Assembly (NCBI GenBank): GCA_025358085.1
Contig: JANYKT010000159.1
Span: 1,484-65,483, forward strand
From: Deltaproteobacteria bacterium
GTDB lineage: Bacteria > Myxococcota > Myxococcia > Myxococcales > 40CM-4-68-19
Length of the DNA: 64,000 bases
Direction of reading: 5' to 3'
In this document: positions 38,231 through 48,187 of the stretch, piece after piece
Numbering within the stretch: the first letter of the stretch is position 1
Layout: each line of letters starts with the position of its first letter
Position numbers and translations under genes: made by a program
Notes under the pieces: generated by a model
The model's input: the letters and a program-made list of their open reading frames with translations, nothing else
Told to the model about the DNA's origin: nothing
Database searches by the model: none

Positions 38231-39169
38231 ATGGCGGGGCTCCAGATCATCGCGAATCCCCACGCGCACCGCAATCGTCTCTGGCCTCTCGCCTCCGAAG
38301 CACTGCGCAAGGCGGCGGGGGGCGCTCGGCTGTTCGAGACCCGGGACCCGCGCGAACTTGCGGCCGCGGCGCGCGCGATGGCGAAAGACCGGCCCAGCGT
38401 GCTCGCCATCGCCGGCGGGGACGGCACGGTGACCAACACGGTGACCGCGCTCGCCGAGGCGATGGGCAACCAGCTGCCGCCGCTCGCGCTTTTGGGCGGC
38501 GGCGCCTACGACTCGCTTGCCCCGCTCGGCGGCCCAGGCGACGCAGAGGACCGGCTGCGGCGGCTGGCCGAGTCGGTGGCCGCGGGCGTGGACCTGCTCG
38601 TTGAAGAACGCGACACGCTGCGGGTGCTGGTGCCAGGCGGCCCTGCGAGATGTGGCTTTCGCTTCGGTGTCGGGCTCGCTGTCCGCTTCATCGAAGCCAT
38701 CTACGCGCAGGGAAAGGGCGGGCCATGGACGAGCGCGCGGGTGTTCCTGCGGGCGCTCGGCTCCAGCCTGATCGGCGGCAAGTTCTCGAGGAAGCTGTAC
38801 GAGCCGCTCGAACTACGCGTCTCGCTCGACGGCGACGAGTGGCCCCGCGTGCCCATCTATGGCCTCGTCTGCTCGAGCGTCGCCGAGGCAGGCCTGGGCC
38901 TCCGGCCGTTTCGTCGCGCCACCGAGCAGCCCGGCGCCTTCGAGGTGCTGGGCCTGACCGCACAGCCGCGGCAGCTGGCGCTGGAGATCCCGCGGCTCTT
39001 GCTGGGCCGTCACGCGCGGCGCGACCGGCTGCTGGGCGGCATCGCTGAAAAGGTGGAGCTGTCCGCGGCGCTCCCGCTCGACTGGTTCCTCGACGGCGAG
39101 GTCTACCCGGCCACCAGCAAGCGGCTCACCATCGGACTTGGCCCGCGCGTCCGGCTGGTGCGCGCATGA
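38231..39169 (+). CDS. Diacylglycerol/lipid kinase family protein
   Basis: IIANPHA, AGGDGTV, C-terminal LDGEVY. Confidence 0.8.
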   Translation: MAGLQIIANPHAHRNRLWPLASEALRKAAGGARLFETRDPRELAAAARAMAKDRPSVLAIAGGDGTVTNTVTALAEAMGNQLPPLALLGGGAYDSLAPLGGPGDAEDRLRRLAESVAAGVDLLVEERDTLRVLVPGGPARCGFRFGVGLAVRFIEAIYAQGKGGPWTSARVFLRALGSSLIGGKFSRKLYEPLELRVSLDGDEWPRVPIYGLVCSSVAEAGLGLRPFRRATEQPGAFEVLGLTAQPRQLALEIPRLLLGRHARRDRLLGGIAEKVELSAALPLDWFLDGEVYPATSKRLTIGLGPRVRLVRA

Positions 39170-39525
39170 CCCGCCTTTTGAATCGCAGGAACGGGGCGCT
39201 GATCGCCTCGGATGTCGAGCACGCCCGCAGCGTACGCGAGCGACTCCAGGGCCTGCTCGGCCGCGACAGTCTTCCCCAGGGCCGCGCCCTGGTGATCGCG
39301 CCCTGCACCTCCATCCACACCTTCTTCATGCGCTTTACAATCGACGTCCTGTTCGTCGACAACAGCAGCCGGATCGTGCGCGCCGTCGGCAGCATGCGGC
39401 CGTGGCGAGCGACTCGCGTCTACCCGACCGCAACCCTGGTGGTGGAGCTTCCGGCCGGCTCGATCGCGCGCAGCCACACGCTGGAGGGCGATCCGGTCCT
39501 GTTCGAGGACAGCAATCGAGTTTGA
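39166..39525 (+). CDS. DUF192 domain protein
   Basis: RLQGLLGR, SIHTFFMRFTIDVLF, VELPAG. Confidence 0.9.
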   Translation: MTRLLNRRNGALIASDVEHARSVRERLQGLLGRDSLPQGRALVIAPCTSIHTFFMRFTIDVLFVDNSSRIVRAVGSMRPWRATRVYPTATLVVELPAGSIARSHTLEGDPVLFEDSNRV

Positions 39526-39609
39526 TCGCGAGCTAGAGCTTTGCTACCGTGTCGCCCCGTCGTACAAGAACCGTTACCTCTTCAGCCGTCCGAGCACTCA
39601 AGAAAGCCC

Positions 39610-40389
39610 ATGCGAATCCAACACGCAGCGAAGACCGACGTGGGCATGAAGCGCGACAACAACGAAGACAACATGCTCGTGTTCCCCGAGCAGAACGTCT
39701 TCGCGGTGTTCGACGGTATGGGTGGTCACGCCGCGGGCGAGGTCGCGAGCGCCATCGCTTCCACCGAGGTGAAGGAGTTCTTCAGCTTTACCGGCAAGGA
39801 CGAAGAAGCCACCTGGCCCTTCAAGGGCGACCGCACCAAGAGCTACGACGAGAACCGCTGCGTCACTGCCATCAAGCTTGCCAACGCGCGTATCATCGAG
39901 GCGAGCGAGCAGGATGGCGCCAAGAAGAACATGGGCACCACCGCGGTGCTGGTGCACTTCGTCGAGCGCAACGGCACCGGGCCCAAGGCGCTGGTGGCGC
40001 ACGTCGGAGACAGCCGCGTCTACCTCTTCCGGCAGGGCCGGCTCGAGCGCATCACCATCGACCACTCGCTGGTGGAAGAGTATCTGCGCATGGGCAAGAT
40101 CACGCAGGAAGAGGCGAAGAACTTCCCGCAGAAGAACATCATCCTGCGCGCGCTCGGCCAGCAGAAGGTGGTCGATGTCGAGATCAACGCTTACGCGCCC
40201 CAGCCGGGCGATATCTTTCTCGCCTGCTCCGACGGCCTCTCGGGCATGGTCACCGATGAAGTCATGCAGGCGATCCTGCAGAAGACTCCCAATCTCGAAG
40301 CGGCGACCAAGAAGCTGATCGACACCACCAACGCCAACGGCGGCGTGGACAACGTCACGGTCATCCTGGCGCAGTACCAGCCGCAGTAG
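39610..40389 (+). CDS. PP2C-family Ser/Thr protein phosphatase
   Basis: TDVGMKRDNNED, FDGMGGHAAGEVAS, MGTT, AHVGDSR, DHS, NIILRALG, CSDGL, GGVDNVT. Confidence 0.95.
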   Translation: MRIQHAAKTDVGMKRDNNEDNMLVFPEQNVFAVFDGMGGHAAGEVASAIASTEVKEFFSFTGKDEEATWPFKGDRTKSYDENRCVTAIKLANARIIEASEQDGAKKNMGTTAVLVHFVERNGTGPKALVAHVGDSRVYLFRQGRLERITIDHSLVEEYLRMGKITQEEAKNFPQKNIILRALGQQKVVDVEINAYAPQPGDIFLACSDGLSGMVTDEVMQAILQKTPNLEAATKKLIDTTNANGGVDNVTVILAQYQPQ

Positions 40390-40407
40390 GGTGCGGCGGG
40401 CGCAAAG

Positions 40408-41436
40408 TCAGGCGTCGAGCCGTACGCCCGGCGAAGCGATCTGATTCTCGATCCGCTCGCCCGGCGCGACGTGCGTGTTGTCCCAGCACACCGCGCGGAT
40501 GACCGAGGCGCCGGCGTCTACGCGGACGTCCTTGCCCAGCACCGCGTCGGGGCCCACCTGCGCGCCGGCCGCCACCACCGCGCCGGCATGGATGAGCGCC
40601 GGCGCGACCAGCAGCGCCTGGGGGTCGATGCGAGCGCCGTCGTGCACGCGCACTCCCGGCAGCAGCTCTTTCGCGCCCTCGAACGGGTCGGCGCCGGGGC
40701 GGAACCGGTCGAGTGGCACCCGGCCCTCCATCACGTCGAGGTTTGCACGCAGGAGGCTCCGCGGCGCGCCCAGGTCGCCCCAGTAACCGCTCTGCAGATA
40801 GCCGTGCACCTTGGCGCCGTCATGGATGAGGCGGACATAGGCGGTGCGGTTGATGTCGCTTTCACCTTCGGGGGGCAGGCGCGAGATCAGCTCAGGCTCG
40901 ACGATGTGCACCCCGGTGAAGTGCATGCGGGTCAGGCCGGGCTCGACCACGGCGCCCCGCCCCGCGATGCGCCGCACGTTCATACCGGCGTCGGTCTCGA
41001 CCGCGCCGTAGCTGGCGCCCCGCGGATAGGGCGCGAGCACCATGGTGGCGACCGCTCCGGCGGCGCGGTGGGACTGCAGCGCCGCGGCCAGATCGACGTC
41101 GAAGAGCATGTCGCCATTGAGCAGGAAGAACGTGCCCGCGCCCAGCAGCGCCGCGGCTTTGCGCACGCCGCCGCCGGTGCCGAGGATATGCTTCTCCTCG
41201 CGCGAGACTTCGAGATCAAGCCCGAGGGCGCTGGCGATCGCGCGCGCGCCCTTCTCCATCTCGGCACCGAGATGATGGGTGTTGATGACGATGGAAGTGA
41301 CGCCCGCGCCCTTGAGCAGCGCAAGGTTGTAGCGCAGCAGCGGCAAGCCGCAGAGGGGGACCATCGGCTTGGGGATCTTGTCGGTCAGCGGACGCAGGCG
41401 CGTGACGAAGCCCGCGCAGAGGACCATCGCTTTCAC
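40408..41436 (-). CDS. NDP-sugar synthase (mannose-1-P guanylyltransferase-like nucleotidyltransferase)
   Basis: AMVLCAG..TRLRPLT..PKPM, LGTGGG, NGD, WGDLG; C-terminal hexapeptide repeats. Confidence 0.9.
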   Translation of the reverse strand: MKAMVLCAGFVTRLRPLTDKIPKPMVPLCGLPLLRYNLALLKGAGVTSIVINTHHLGAEMEKGARAIASALGLDLEVSREEKHILGTGGGVRKAAALLGAGTFFLLNGDMLFDVDLAAALQSHRAAGAVATMVLAPYPRGASYGAVETDAGMNVRRIAGRGAVVEPGLTRMHFTGVHIVEPELISRLPPEGESDINRTAYVRLIHDGAKVHGYLQSGYWGDLGAPRSLLRANLDVMEGRVPLDRFRPGADPFEGAKELLPGVRVHDGARIDPQALLVAPALIHAGAVVAAGAQVGPDAVLGKDVRVDAGASVIRAVCWDNTHVAPGERIENQIASPGVRLDA

Positions 41437-41464
41437 AGGCCGGACGATATCATGCCGAGCGGAG

Positions 41465-42979
41465 CTATCCGTCGATCGCGGTCTGTGCGTCGGCGGCTGG
41501 GCGCCGGAACCACTTGAGCAGCGCAGCGCCGCGCCCCTGCAGCAGGCTGACGAAGCCCACGTAGAAGAAGCCCCACTGGAACAGCAGCAGGAAAGGAAGC
41601 GAGAACCACACGCCCTTGTCGAGCGCGAACCAGATGGCCGACGTCAGGTACGCGCCCAGCGCCAACTCGAGCAACGGCTGCGCGCCACCGAGGATGCGGT
41701 AGCGCTGCTTGACCCAGGTCTTGTCGCGGCCCTGCGTGCCAGTCTTGGGTGTGCGGGTAAAGCCGGTTTCGTAGCCCACCAGCGCCTCGATCACAGCCTT
41801 CGCCTGGTTCACACACATGCCGATGCCGAGCGCCATGATGAAGGGCAGGTACTTGACCCGGTGCCAGCGGGGCATGCCGATCTCGCGCTGCGAGGCGACA
41901 TAGAACATCACCACGCTCATGGTAGCCGTCCAGAAGAAGGGCAGATCGAGCATGAGCACTTCGTACCAGCCGTGCTTGAAGCGGATGACCATGCTGACCG
42001 GCATCAAGACCGTGAGCAGGATCATCAGCGGATAGGTCAAGTTGGCAGTGAGGTGGAAAAACGCCTCGACCTTCACGGCACGAGGAAGGTCGGACTTGAG
42101 GATGCGCGGGAGCAGCTTGCGCGCGGTCTGGATGGAGCCCTTGGCCCAGCGGTGCTGCTGGGACTTGAAGGCATTCATCTCGACTGGCACTTCGGCGGGA
42201 GAGACGACGTCGGGCAGGTAGATGAACTTCCAGCCGTTGAGCTGGGCGCGATACGAGAGGTCCAGGTCTTCAGTAAGGGTGTCGTGCTGCCAGCCGCCCG
42301 CGTCGGCGATGGTGGCGCGGCGCCAGACGCCGGCGGTGCCGTTGAAGTTGAAGAAACGGCCGCTGCGGTTGCGAGCCGTGTGCTCGATGACGAAATGGCC
42401 GTCGAGAAAGATGGCCTGGACCTGGGTCAGATGGCTGTAGTCGCGGTTGAGGTGGTCCCACCGGACCTGCACCATGCCGATTTGCGAATCGGTAAAGAAA
42501 TTGATCGATTTCAATAAGAAATCTTGCTTGGGGACAAAGTCGGCGTCGAAGACGGCAATGAACTCGCCGCTCGCGACCTTGAGGCCTTCCTGGAGCGCGC
42601 CCGCCTTATAGCCGACGCGGTTGTCGCGGTGCAGGTAGACGATGTCGAGTCCGGCGCTACGGGCGCGTCCCACCGCGGCGCGCGCGATTCCCTGCGTCTC
42701 GTCGATGGAGTCATCGAGCACCTGCACTTCGAGCAGGTCGCGCGGATATTCGATCTTGCTGACAGCCTCGATGAGCCGCTCGACGACGTACATCTCATTG
42801 AAGATCGGTAATTGAATGGTAACGCGCGGAAGCTTTTCCCAGCGCGCCTTCGGAGCCGGCTTGTTGCCCTTATACTTGTAATAAAGGTACGCCATGACAT
42901 ACCGGTGCGATCCGTAGATGGAAAGCACCAGCAGCACCAGGAAGTAGGTCGTGAGGAAAACGCCCTCAACCCAGGTCAT
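41465..42979 (-). CDS. Membrane GT2 glycosyltransferase (cellulose-synthase-like)
   Basis: QLPIFNE, LDDS, YKAGAL, FDADF, TEDLDLS, QQHRWAKG (QxxRW). Confidence 0.93.
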   Translation of the reverse strand: MTWVEGVFLTTYFLVLLVLSIYGSHRYVMAYLYYKYKGNKPAPKARWEKLPRVTIQLPIFNEMYVVERLIEAVSKIEYPRDLLEVQVLDDSIDETQGIARAAVGRARSAGLDIVYLHRDNRVGYKAGALQEGLKVASGEFIAVFDADFVPKQDFLLKSINFFTDSQIGMVQVRWDHLNRDYSHLTQVQAIFLDGHFVIEHTARNRSGRFFNFNGTAGVWRRATIADAGGWQHDTLTEDLDLSYRAQLNGWKFIYLPDVVSPAEVPVEMNAFKSQQHRWAKGSIQTARKLLPRILKSDLPRAVKVEAFFHLTANLTYPLMILLTVLMPVSMVIRFKHGWYEVLMLDLPFFWTATMSVVMFYVASQREIGMPRWHRVKYLPFIMALGIGMCVNQAKAVIEALVGYETGFTRTPKTGTQGRDKTWVKQRYRILGGAQPLLELALGAYLTSAIWFALDKGVWFSLPFLLLFQWGFFYVGFVSLLQGRGAALLKWFRRPAADAQTAIDG

Positions 42980-43044
42980 CGTGTATCGCTCCAGTCCTGC
43001 GTAATCATTGAGGAATTTAGTGCTTCGGCTCGCGAACGGCGCGC

Positions 43045-43081
43045 ACTGTACGAGATGCCCTTCTGCTTGTCAAACAAGCAG
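43045..43081 (-). promoter_or_regulatory. Sigma-70-type promoter for the GT2 gene with a palindrome over the -35 box
   Basis: Minus strand TTGACA-N17-TACAGT; palindrome CTGCTTGT-N3-ACAAGCAG at 43063-43081. Confidence 0.6.
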
Positions 43082-43126
43082 CCAGGCGGTACGCGCACCG
43101 GTTATCGGCAACCGGCGCCGCGCTAT

Positions 43127-44527
43127 CTAGCGTGCGCCCGCGGCCGGCACAAGAGGTTCCCATCCGGGCGCCGCGGGTCTTTCCAGTTTTCGATAAGTCA
43201 GCGTCGCTTTCCGGTCCAGGCCGAGCTGGATCAGTGTCAGGGCTTCCTGCGAAAACGCGAAGAAGTTTCGAGCCAGCGCGGCATCATCCGCATAAGCCCG
43301 TTTGATTTCGACCAGCGACCAGGAGCTGGGAAAGGGTCGATAACGAAGTGGCGGCTCGCGCAGCCACCAATCGGTAAAGCGGTATCTCGCATGCAAGCCC
43401 TCATAGATCTGCGTTCCCGGATAGGGGACCAGGACCCCGCGCGCATTGAAGCCGGCGGCCAGCGGCGCGGCTTGCTCGATGAATGCGAGCGTGGTTCGCA
43501 GCTCGTCGATGGTCTCGTCGGGCCAGCCGAACATGATGTTCAGCATGCAGTGCAGGCCCAGGTCCCGGGACCAGGCCAGCACGTCGAGCACCCGGTTGAC
43601 GGTCACGCCCTTGCCGATGCGCAACAGCATCTCCGGGTCGCCGCTCTCCATGCCGATGTCCACGCCGCAGCAGCCCGCAGCCTGCATGCGGCGCAGGATG
43701 TCGCGGTCGAGGTGGGCCGGATGCGCGGTGCAAGTCCATTGCACGCGAAGGCCGGTGAGTGCATCGCACAGCTCCTCCATGCGCCGCCGGCCGACCGCGA
43801 ACGAGTCGTCGAAAAAGCTGAAGGCGACGAAGCCGCGGCGCGCCTGCAGCTCTTGAATCTCGCTGCGGATGCTCTGAGCGCTGCGGTACCGGAAGCGGCG
43901 GCCGGTGACGTTGTTGGAGCAGAAGGTGCAAGCGGCCGGGCAGCCCCGGCTGGCGAGCAGGCCCGCGGGGACCAGCGTGTTGGCGGCCGTGCCGTACCAG
44001 CTGGCGTCGAAGAGCTCGAGCGCGTCCAGCGGGTTCGCCAGCGCATCGAGGTCGAGCAGGAAGCCACGCGCGGGGGTGACTTGCGGCCCGGCGTTTCCTT
44101 TGAACACCAGCGATCGGACGCTGTCGAAAGTGCGCTTGCCGTCGAGCGCATCGCACAGCTCGACCAGCGTCTCCTCGCCTTCCCCGCGCACCGAAAAATC
44201 GAAGCCGTGAGCCAGCGCTTCGAGCGGCGCGACCGTGGGGTGTGGCCCGCCAGCGACGAGCGGCACCCGGCCCGCGAAGGCCTTGGCCAGCGCATAGGCG
44301 TCCTGCACGTAAAGCGTCTTGACGTGGAGTCCGACCAGGTCCGGATTGAAGGACATTGCGCGGTCAACGATCTCGTCGTGCGCGTGCGGCGCATGCGGGG
44401 CGCTGGCGTCGAGCAGCGCCACCTCGTGCCCCGCGCGGCGCAGCGAGGCGGCGAGGTACATAAACGACAACAACGGCGTCCGCACCGTTTCGTCAGTCGG
44501 CGGATTGATCAGAAAGACGCGGGCCAC
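43127..44527 (-). CDS. B12-binding-domain radical SAM protein
   Basis: N-terminal cobalamin-binding domain (GGPHPT); SRGCPAACTFC; FFDDSF; GMESG. Confidence 0.92.
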   Translation of the reverse strand: MARVFLINPPTDETVRTPLLSFMYLAASLRRAGHEVALLDASAPHAPHAHDEIVDRAMSFNPDLVGLHVKTLYVQDAYALAKAFAGRVPLVAGGPHPTVAPLEALAHGFDFSVRGEGEETLVELCDALDGKRTFDSVRSLVFKGNAGPQVTPARGFLLDLDALANPLDALELFDASWYGTAANTLVPAGLLASRGCPAACTFCSNNVTGRRFRYRSAQSIRSEIQELQARRGFVAFSFFDDSFAVGRRRMEELCDALTGLRVQWTCTAHPAHLDRDILRRMQAAGCCGVDIGMESGDPEMLLRIGKGVTVNRVLDVLAWSRDLGLHCMLNIMFGWPDETIDELRTTLAFIEQAAPLAAGFNARGVLVPYPGTQIYEGLHARYRFTDWWLREPPLRYRPFPSSWSLVEIKRAYADDAALARNFFAFSQEALTLIQLGLDRKATLTYRKLERPAAPGWEPLVPAAGAR

Positions 44528-44581
44528 ATCCGGACCCTACCCGCTTTTGCCTTTCACCCGCAGCCGCGCACGACAATGTGG

Positions 44582-44649
44582 AAAATGTGGGGACACCATA
44601 TCCATTTCCAGAGCCGGGCCACGAAATGGGTATGGTGTCCCCATATTTC
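44582..44649. repeat. REP/REPIN-like long inverted repeat (27-bp arms, 14-bp spacer)
   Basis: AAAATGTGGGGACACCATATCCATTTC versus GAAATGGGTATGGTGTCCCCATATTTC; AT-rich relative to the flanks. Confidence 0.75.
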
Positions 44650-44675
44650 GCCGACAGAAGCGACGAACTCGAGGA

Positions 44676-46076
44676 TCAAGGCGCGGTGGCGCGCGGCTTG
44701 TTGAAGATCTGCCAGGTGCGCAGCGTGTCGAGGGCTGTCTTCAGCTGGAAGTCATCCTGCGGATCGCCGGGCGCCCGAGGCAGCGAGGGGAGCGGTCGCG
44801 CGGTTGTCGAGACCGCCGCCACCGGTTGCGCGGCCTCGGCCAGCTCTTCTCCCTTGAAGTGGCCCGGCAAGCTCTTCTCGCGCGGGCCCTCGTCATCGGC
44901 CGCGGCCACTGCGTCCGCGGCAGCCGGCTTGACCACCAGATCCGGCGTGATGCCCTTCTCCTGGATGCTGCGCCCCGACGGCGTGTAATAGCGCGCGATG
45001 GTGAGCTTCAAGCCCGACCCATCCTCCAGTTCAATGACCGTCTGCACGCTGCCCTTCCCGAAAGTCTGCGTCCCCATCACCACTGCGCGGCCGTGGTCCT
45101 GCAGCGCGCCCGCCACGATTTCGCTCGCGCTCGCCGTCCCGCCGTCCACCAAAACGATCATCGGATAGGATGGCTCCGTGTCGCGCGCGTGCGCCCGCTC
45201 GACCTCGACGTGCTTGCCTCCGCGCCCCTTGGTGGTGACGATGACGCCGTCGGTGAGAAAGCGGTCGGAGACTTTCACCGCCTGCTCCAGCAAGCCGCCC
45301 GGGTTGTGCCGCAAGTCGAGCACCAGGCCGGAAAGCTGGCCCGAAGAGGTCTGGGCGCGCATGCTGTCGAGCGCCTTCTTCAAGTAGAGATCGCTGCGAT
45401 CCTGGAAGCTCTTGATCTTCACGTATCCGAAGCGTTTGTCGAACAGCTTGTCCTCGACCGAGACAATGCGAATCACGTCGCGAATGAGCGTGAAGCTCTT
45501 CGGCTCGGTCCAGCCAGCGCGCGAGGCCTTGATCACGCACCGCGTACCCGGCGGGCCCATCAGCGCGTGGACCGCCTCGGCTTCCTTCCAGCCGCGCGTC
45601 GAAGTGCCGTCCACCTCGAGCAGCTTGTCCCCGGGCGCGAAGCCTGCGCGCGAGGCGGGCGTGTCGTCCAGTGGCGAGACCACCACCAGGTCGTCGCCCT
45701 TGCTCGCGACCTCGAGACCGATGCCGCCGTACTCGCCGTCAGTCTCCTGCTTGAGGGCCGAATAGGAGCGCGGGTCCATGAAGGTGGAGTGCGGGTCGAG
45801 GGTGCGGACCATGCCGTCGATGGCGCCATAGAGCAGCTTGGATTCATCGATGCTCTCGACGTAGTTGTTCTGGATCAGTGAGAGTACGTGACTGAAGACG
45901 TCCAGCTTCCGGTAGGGGCCCGCGGGGTCGTGCGCGGCCTCGGCGACGCGGACTGCGAACAAGCCGCCGAAGAAAGCGCAGAGCAGGAACAGCATGAATC
46001 CTGGCCGTCGCGGAGGGGGCGAGCGCGGCTCTTCAGGGACGGGCGGCAGCATGGAGTTCGATTGTACTCCGGTCAT
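44676..46076 (-). CDS. ctpA: S41 carboxyl-terminal processing protease
   Basis: LDPHS; PDZ (YGGIGL); LDLRHNPGGLL; TASASEIVAGALQD; TFGKGSVQ; IQEKGITPD. Confidence 0.92.
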   Translation of the reverse strand: MTGVQSNSMLPPVPEEPRSPPPRRPGFMLFLLCAFFGGLFAVRVAEAAHDPAGPYRKLDVFSHVLSLIQNNYVESIDESKLLYGAIDGMVRTLDPHSTFMDPRSYSALKQETDGEYGGIGLEVASKGDDLVVVSPLDDTPASRAGFAPGDKLLEVDGTSTRGWKEAEAVHALMGPPGTRCVIKASRAGWTEPKSFTLIRDVIRIVSVEDKLFDKRFGYVKIKSFQDRSDLYLKKALDSMRAQTSSGQLSGLVLDLRHNPGGLLEQAVKVSDRFLTDGVIVTTKGRGGKHVEVERAHARDTEPSYPMIVLVDGGTASASEIVAGALQDHGRAVVMGTQTFGKGSVQTVIELEDGSGLKLTIARYYTPSGRSIQEKGITPDLVVKPAAADAVAAADDEGPREKSLPGHFKGEELAEAAQPVAAVSTTARPLPSLPRAPGDPQDDFQLKTALDTLRTWQIFNKPRATAP

Positions 46077-47287
46077 CGAGCTGCTGCCCCTTTGCCGGCT
46101 GCCACCAACGACGCGGACCGGTGCAGGCGGGACAGCCAGCGCTCAGGATCGAGCGGCTTCTGGCCATCGCGCAATTCGAAATACAAATAGGCGCCCTTCA
46201 GGCTTCCCGTGTCTCCCACCGTGCCGACCTCATCGCCCGCCGCAACCTCGTCGCCGACCTCTTTCTCGAGCGCATCGAGGTGGGCCAGAAGCGAGAAGAT
46301 GCCGTCGCCGTGGTCGACGATGAGCAAGTTTCCATAGCCCCTGAACCAGCCCGCGTGGACCACCTTGCCCGGCCACACGGCGCGCACTTTGGTGCCCTGT
46401 GGCGAGCGGATGTCGATGCCGCGCTGGAGCGTGACCGTGCCGAAGCGATGGTCGACCGTACGGCCGAAGCGCGCTTCGATGCGCCCGTGCTCGACCGGGA
46501 ACAGCAGCTTGCCGCGCGCCTCGCGCACCGGAGTGAGCTCGATTTGCCGCGGAGGGACACTCCCGTCCTCGACTTGCGCCTGGGGCGATGCCTTCTCCAG
46601 CTCGGACAACTTGCCCGAAAGAGCGTGCGACGCCTCCGTCAGCTCGCGCACGGCCTGCTCGTGCACCGCTTTCTCCTGCTGCACCGATAGGAGCAACTTC
46701 TTCTGCTGCGCCACCCGGACCTCGAGCCCCGCGCGCTTGTCGCTCTCGGCCTGCGCGCTCTGGGCAAGTTCTGCCCGCGAGGCCTGCAGCTCATCGCGCG
46801 CAGCATTGGCGCCGTCGGATGCAAAGCGCAGCACCGCCAGCGCGTCGAGGTCTGACTCCAGCAATGCATTGAACAGTCGTTTACGCCGGAGCAAGTCCCC
46901 GATGGAACGCGCGCCGAGCAGGAAGCGCAGATAGCCTTCGCGGCCCATTCGATAGCGCGCGGTCAGGCGCGGCCCCAGCGCGTTGGTTGCGCGGTCGAGT
47001 GCGGCCCCGGCGAGTGTTGACTTCGCCTCGCTGGCCGAGAGGCGCGTGGTCGCCGCCCGCAGCCGCTGCTGCGCCGCGCGGACCGCGCGCGCCTCGATCT
47101 CCACCTGCCGCTCCTGCTCCGCCAGCCGCCCGAGAACTCCCGCTTCCTTCCCGGCGAGCTGCCGCGCGGCCGCGCGCTCCTTTTCGATACGCACCTCCAG
47201 CTGCGGAAGCGTCGGCGCGAGCAGGAGCAGCAAACTCCCCAGGGTCCCAAGGCTCCTGAAGCACCCAATCACCGCAGCCGAAATCAT
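46073..47287 (-). CDS. envC: Murein hydrolase activator (coiled coil + M23)
   Basis: Long coiled coil; degenerate M23 domain (GIDI, GYGNLLIVDHG, YLYFELR); follows ftsX. Confidence 0.88.
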   Translation of the reverse strand: MISAAVIGCFRSLGTLGSLLLLLAPTLPQLEVRIEKERAAARQLAGKEAGVLGRLAEQERQVEIEARAVRAAQQRLRAATTRLSASEAKSTLAGAALDRATNALGPRLTARYRMGREGYLRFLLGARSIGDLLRRKRLFNALLESDLDALAVLRFASDGANAARDELQASRAELAQSAQAESDKRAGLEVRVAQQKKLLLSVQQEKAVHEQAVRELTEASHALSGKLSELEKASPQAQVEDGSVPPRQIELTPVREARGKLLFPVEHGRIEARFGRTVDHRFGTVTLQRGIDIRSPQGTKVRAVWPGKVVHAGWFRGYGNLLIVDHGDGIFSLLAHLDALEKEVGDEVAAGDEVGTVGDTGSLKGAYLYFELRDGQKPLDPERWLSRLHRSASLVAAGKGAAAR

Positions 47288-48177
47288 GTCCGCAGGAACC
47301 GAGCTACCGCCAGCCAGCTGCCGAACAGCCCCACCAGCGCGCCGATGCCGAGCAGAAGGAGCGCGTGCGAGAGCAGGATCTGCGGCGCTGCCACTCCCGA
47401 GGCGAAGACAAAAGCTTGCTGCACGCGCGGCAAGAACCACCGGTCCGCCGCGGCCAGCGAACCGAGCGCGAGCCCCGCGCCTAGCAGACCCTGCAGCGCG
47501 CCCTCCAGCAAAAATGGCATCCGCACGTAGCCGTCGGTGGCGCCGACCAGCTTCATGATTTCGATCTCATCGCGCCGCGCGTACACCGCCAGGCGAATGG
47601 TGTTGGCGACCACCAGCAGCGCCGCGCCCAGGACGGCAATCAGTGACCCTAAGCCAAAGCCTCTCAAGGAGCGCCCCAGCGCGGTCAGCTTGTCCAGCCA
47701 CTCACGCCCGTAGTCGACCTGCGCGACCTGCGGAAGCCGCTGCAGTTGGGCTGCAATCACCCGCACCACAGCGGGTTCCGGCGAGCCCCGCGGCGTCACT
47801 TCGATGGTGGGCGGCAGCGGATTCTGCGCCAGGCCATCGAGCGCGCCAGCGAGGTCGCCCAGATCCACCCGAAGACGGCGCAGCGCCTGCGCGCGATCGA
47901 CGTAGACAGCGTCCGCATCGGGCTCGGACTCGAGCACCCGTGCGAGCAGCGCGCGCGCCTGGTCGTCGGTCGTCGCCGGGTCCAGATAAAGCGTGATGCT
48001 GGCCTGCGCGCCCCAGCTGACGAGGAGTGAGCGCGCGAAGGCGAGGCCGATGGCAAACGACATTCCGAGAAAGAGCGCCAGCGCAATGGTGAGCACCGAG
48101 ACCAGGCTGGGCAGCGGCGCGCGCCAGAGGTTGACGGCGGCGCGCCGCGAGAGCCGCCAGGCGACGTGGGCGATCAC
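47284..48177 (-). CDS. ftsX: Cell division permease
   Basis: NTIRLAVYARRDEIEIMKLVGAT...PFLLEG. Confidence 0.95.
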   Translation of the reverse strand: MIAHVAWRLSRRAAVNLWRAPLPSLVSVLTIALALFLGMSFAIGLAFARSLLVSWGAQASITLYLDPATTDDQARALLARVLESEPDADAVYVDRAQALRRLRVDLGDLAGALDGLAQNPLPPTIEVTPRGSPEPAVVRVIAAQLQRLPQVAQVDYGREWLDKLTALGRSLRGFGLGSLIAVLGAALLVVANTIRLAVYARRDEIEIMKLVGATDGYVRMPFLLEGALQGLLGAGLALGSLAAADRWFLPRVQQAFVFASGVAAPQILLSHALLLLGIGALVGLFGSWLAVARFLRT

Positions 48178-48187
48178 CTAAGACCAC

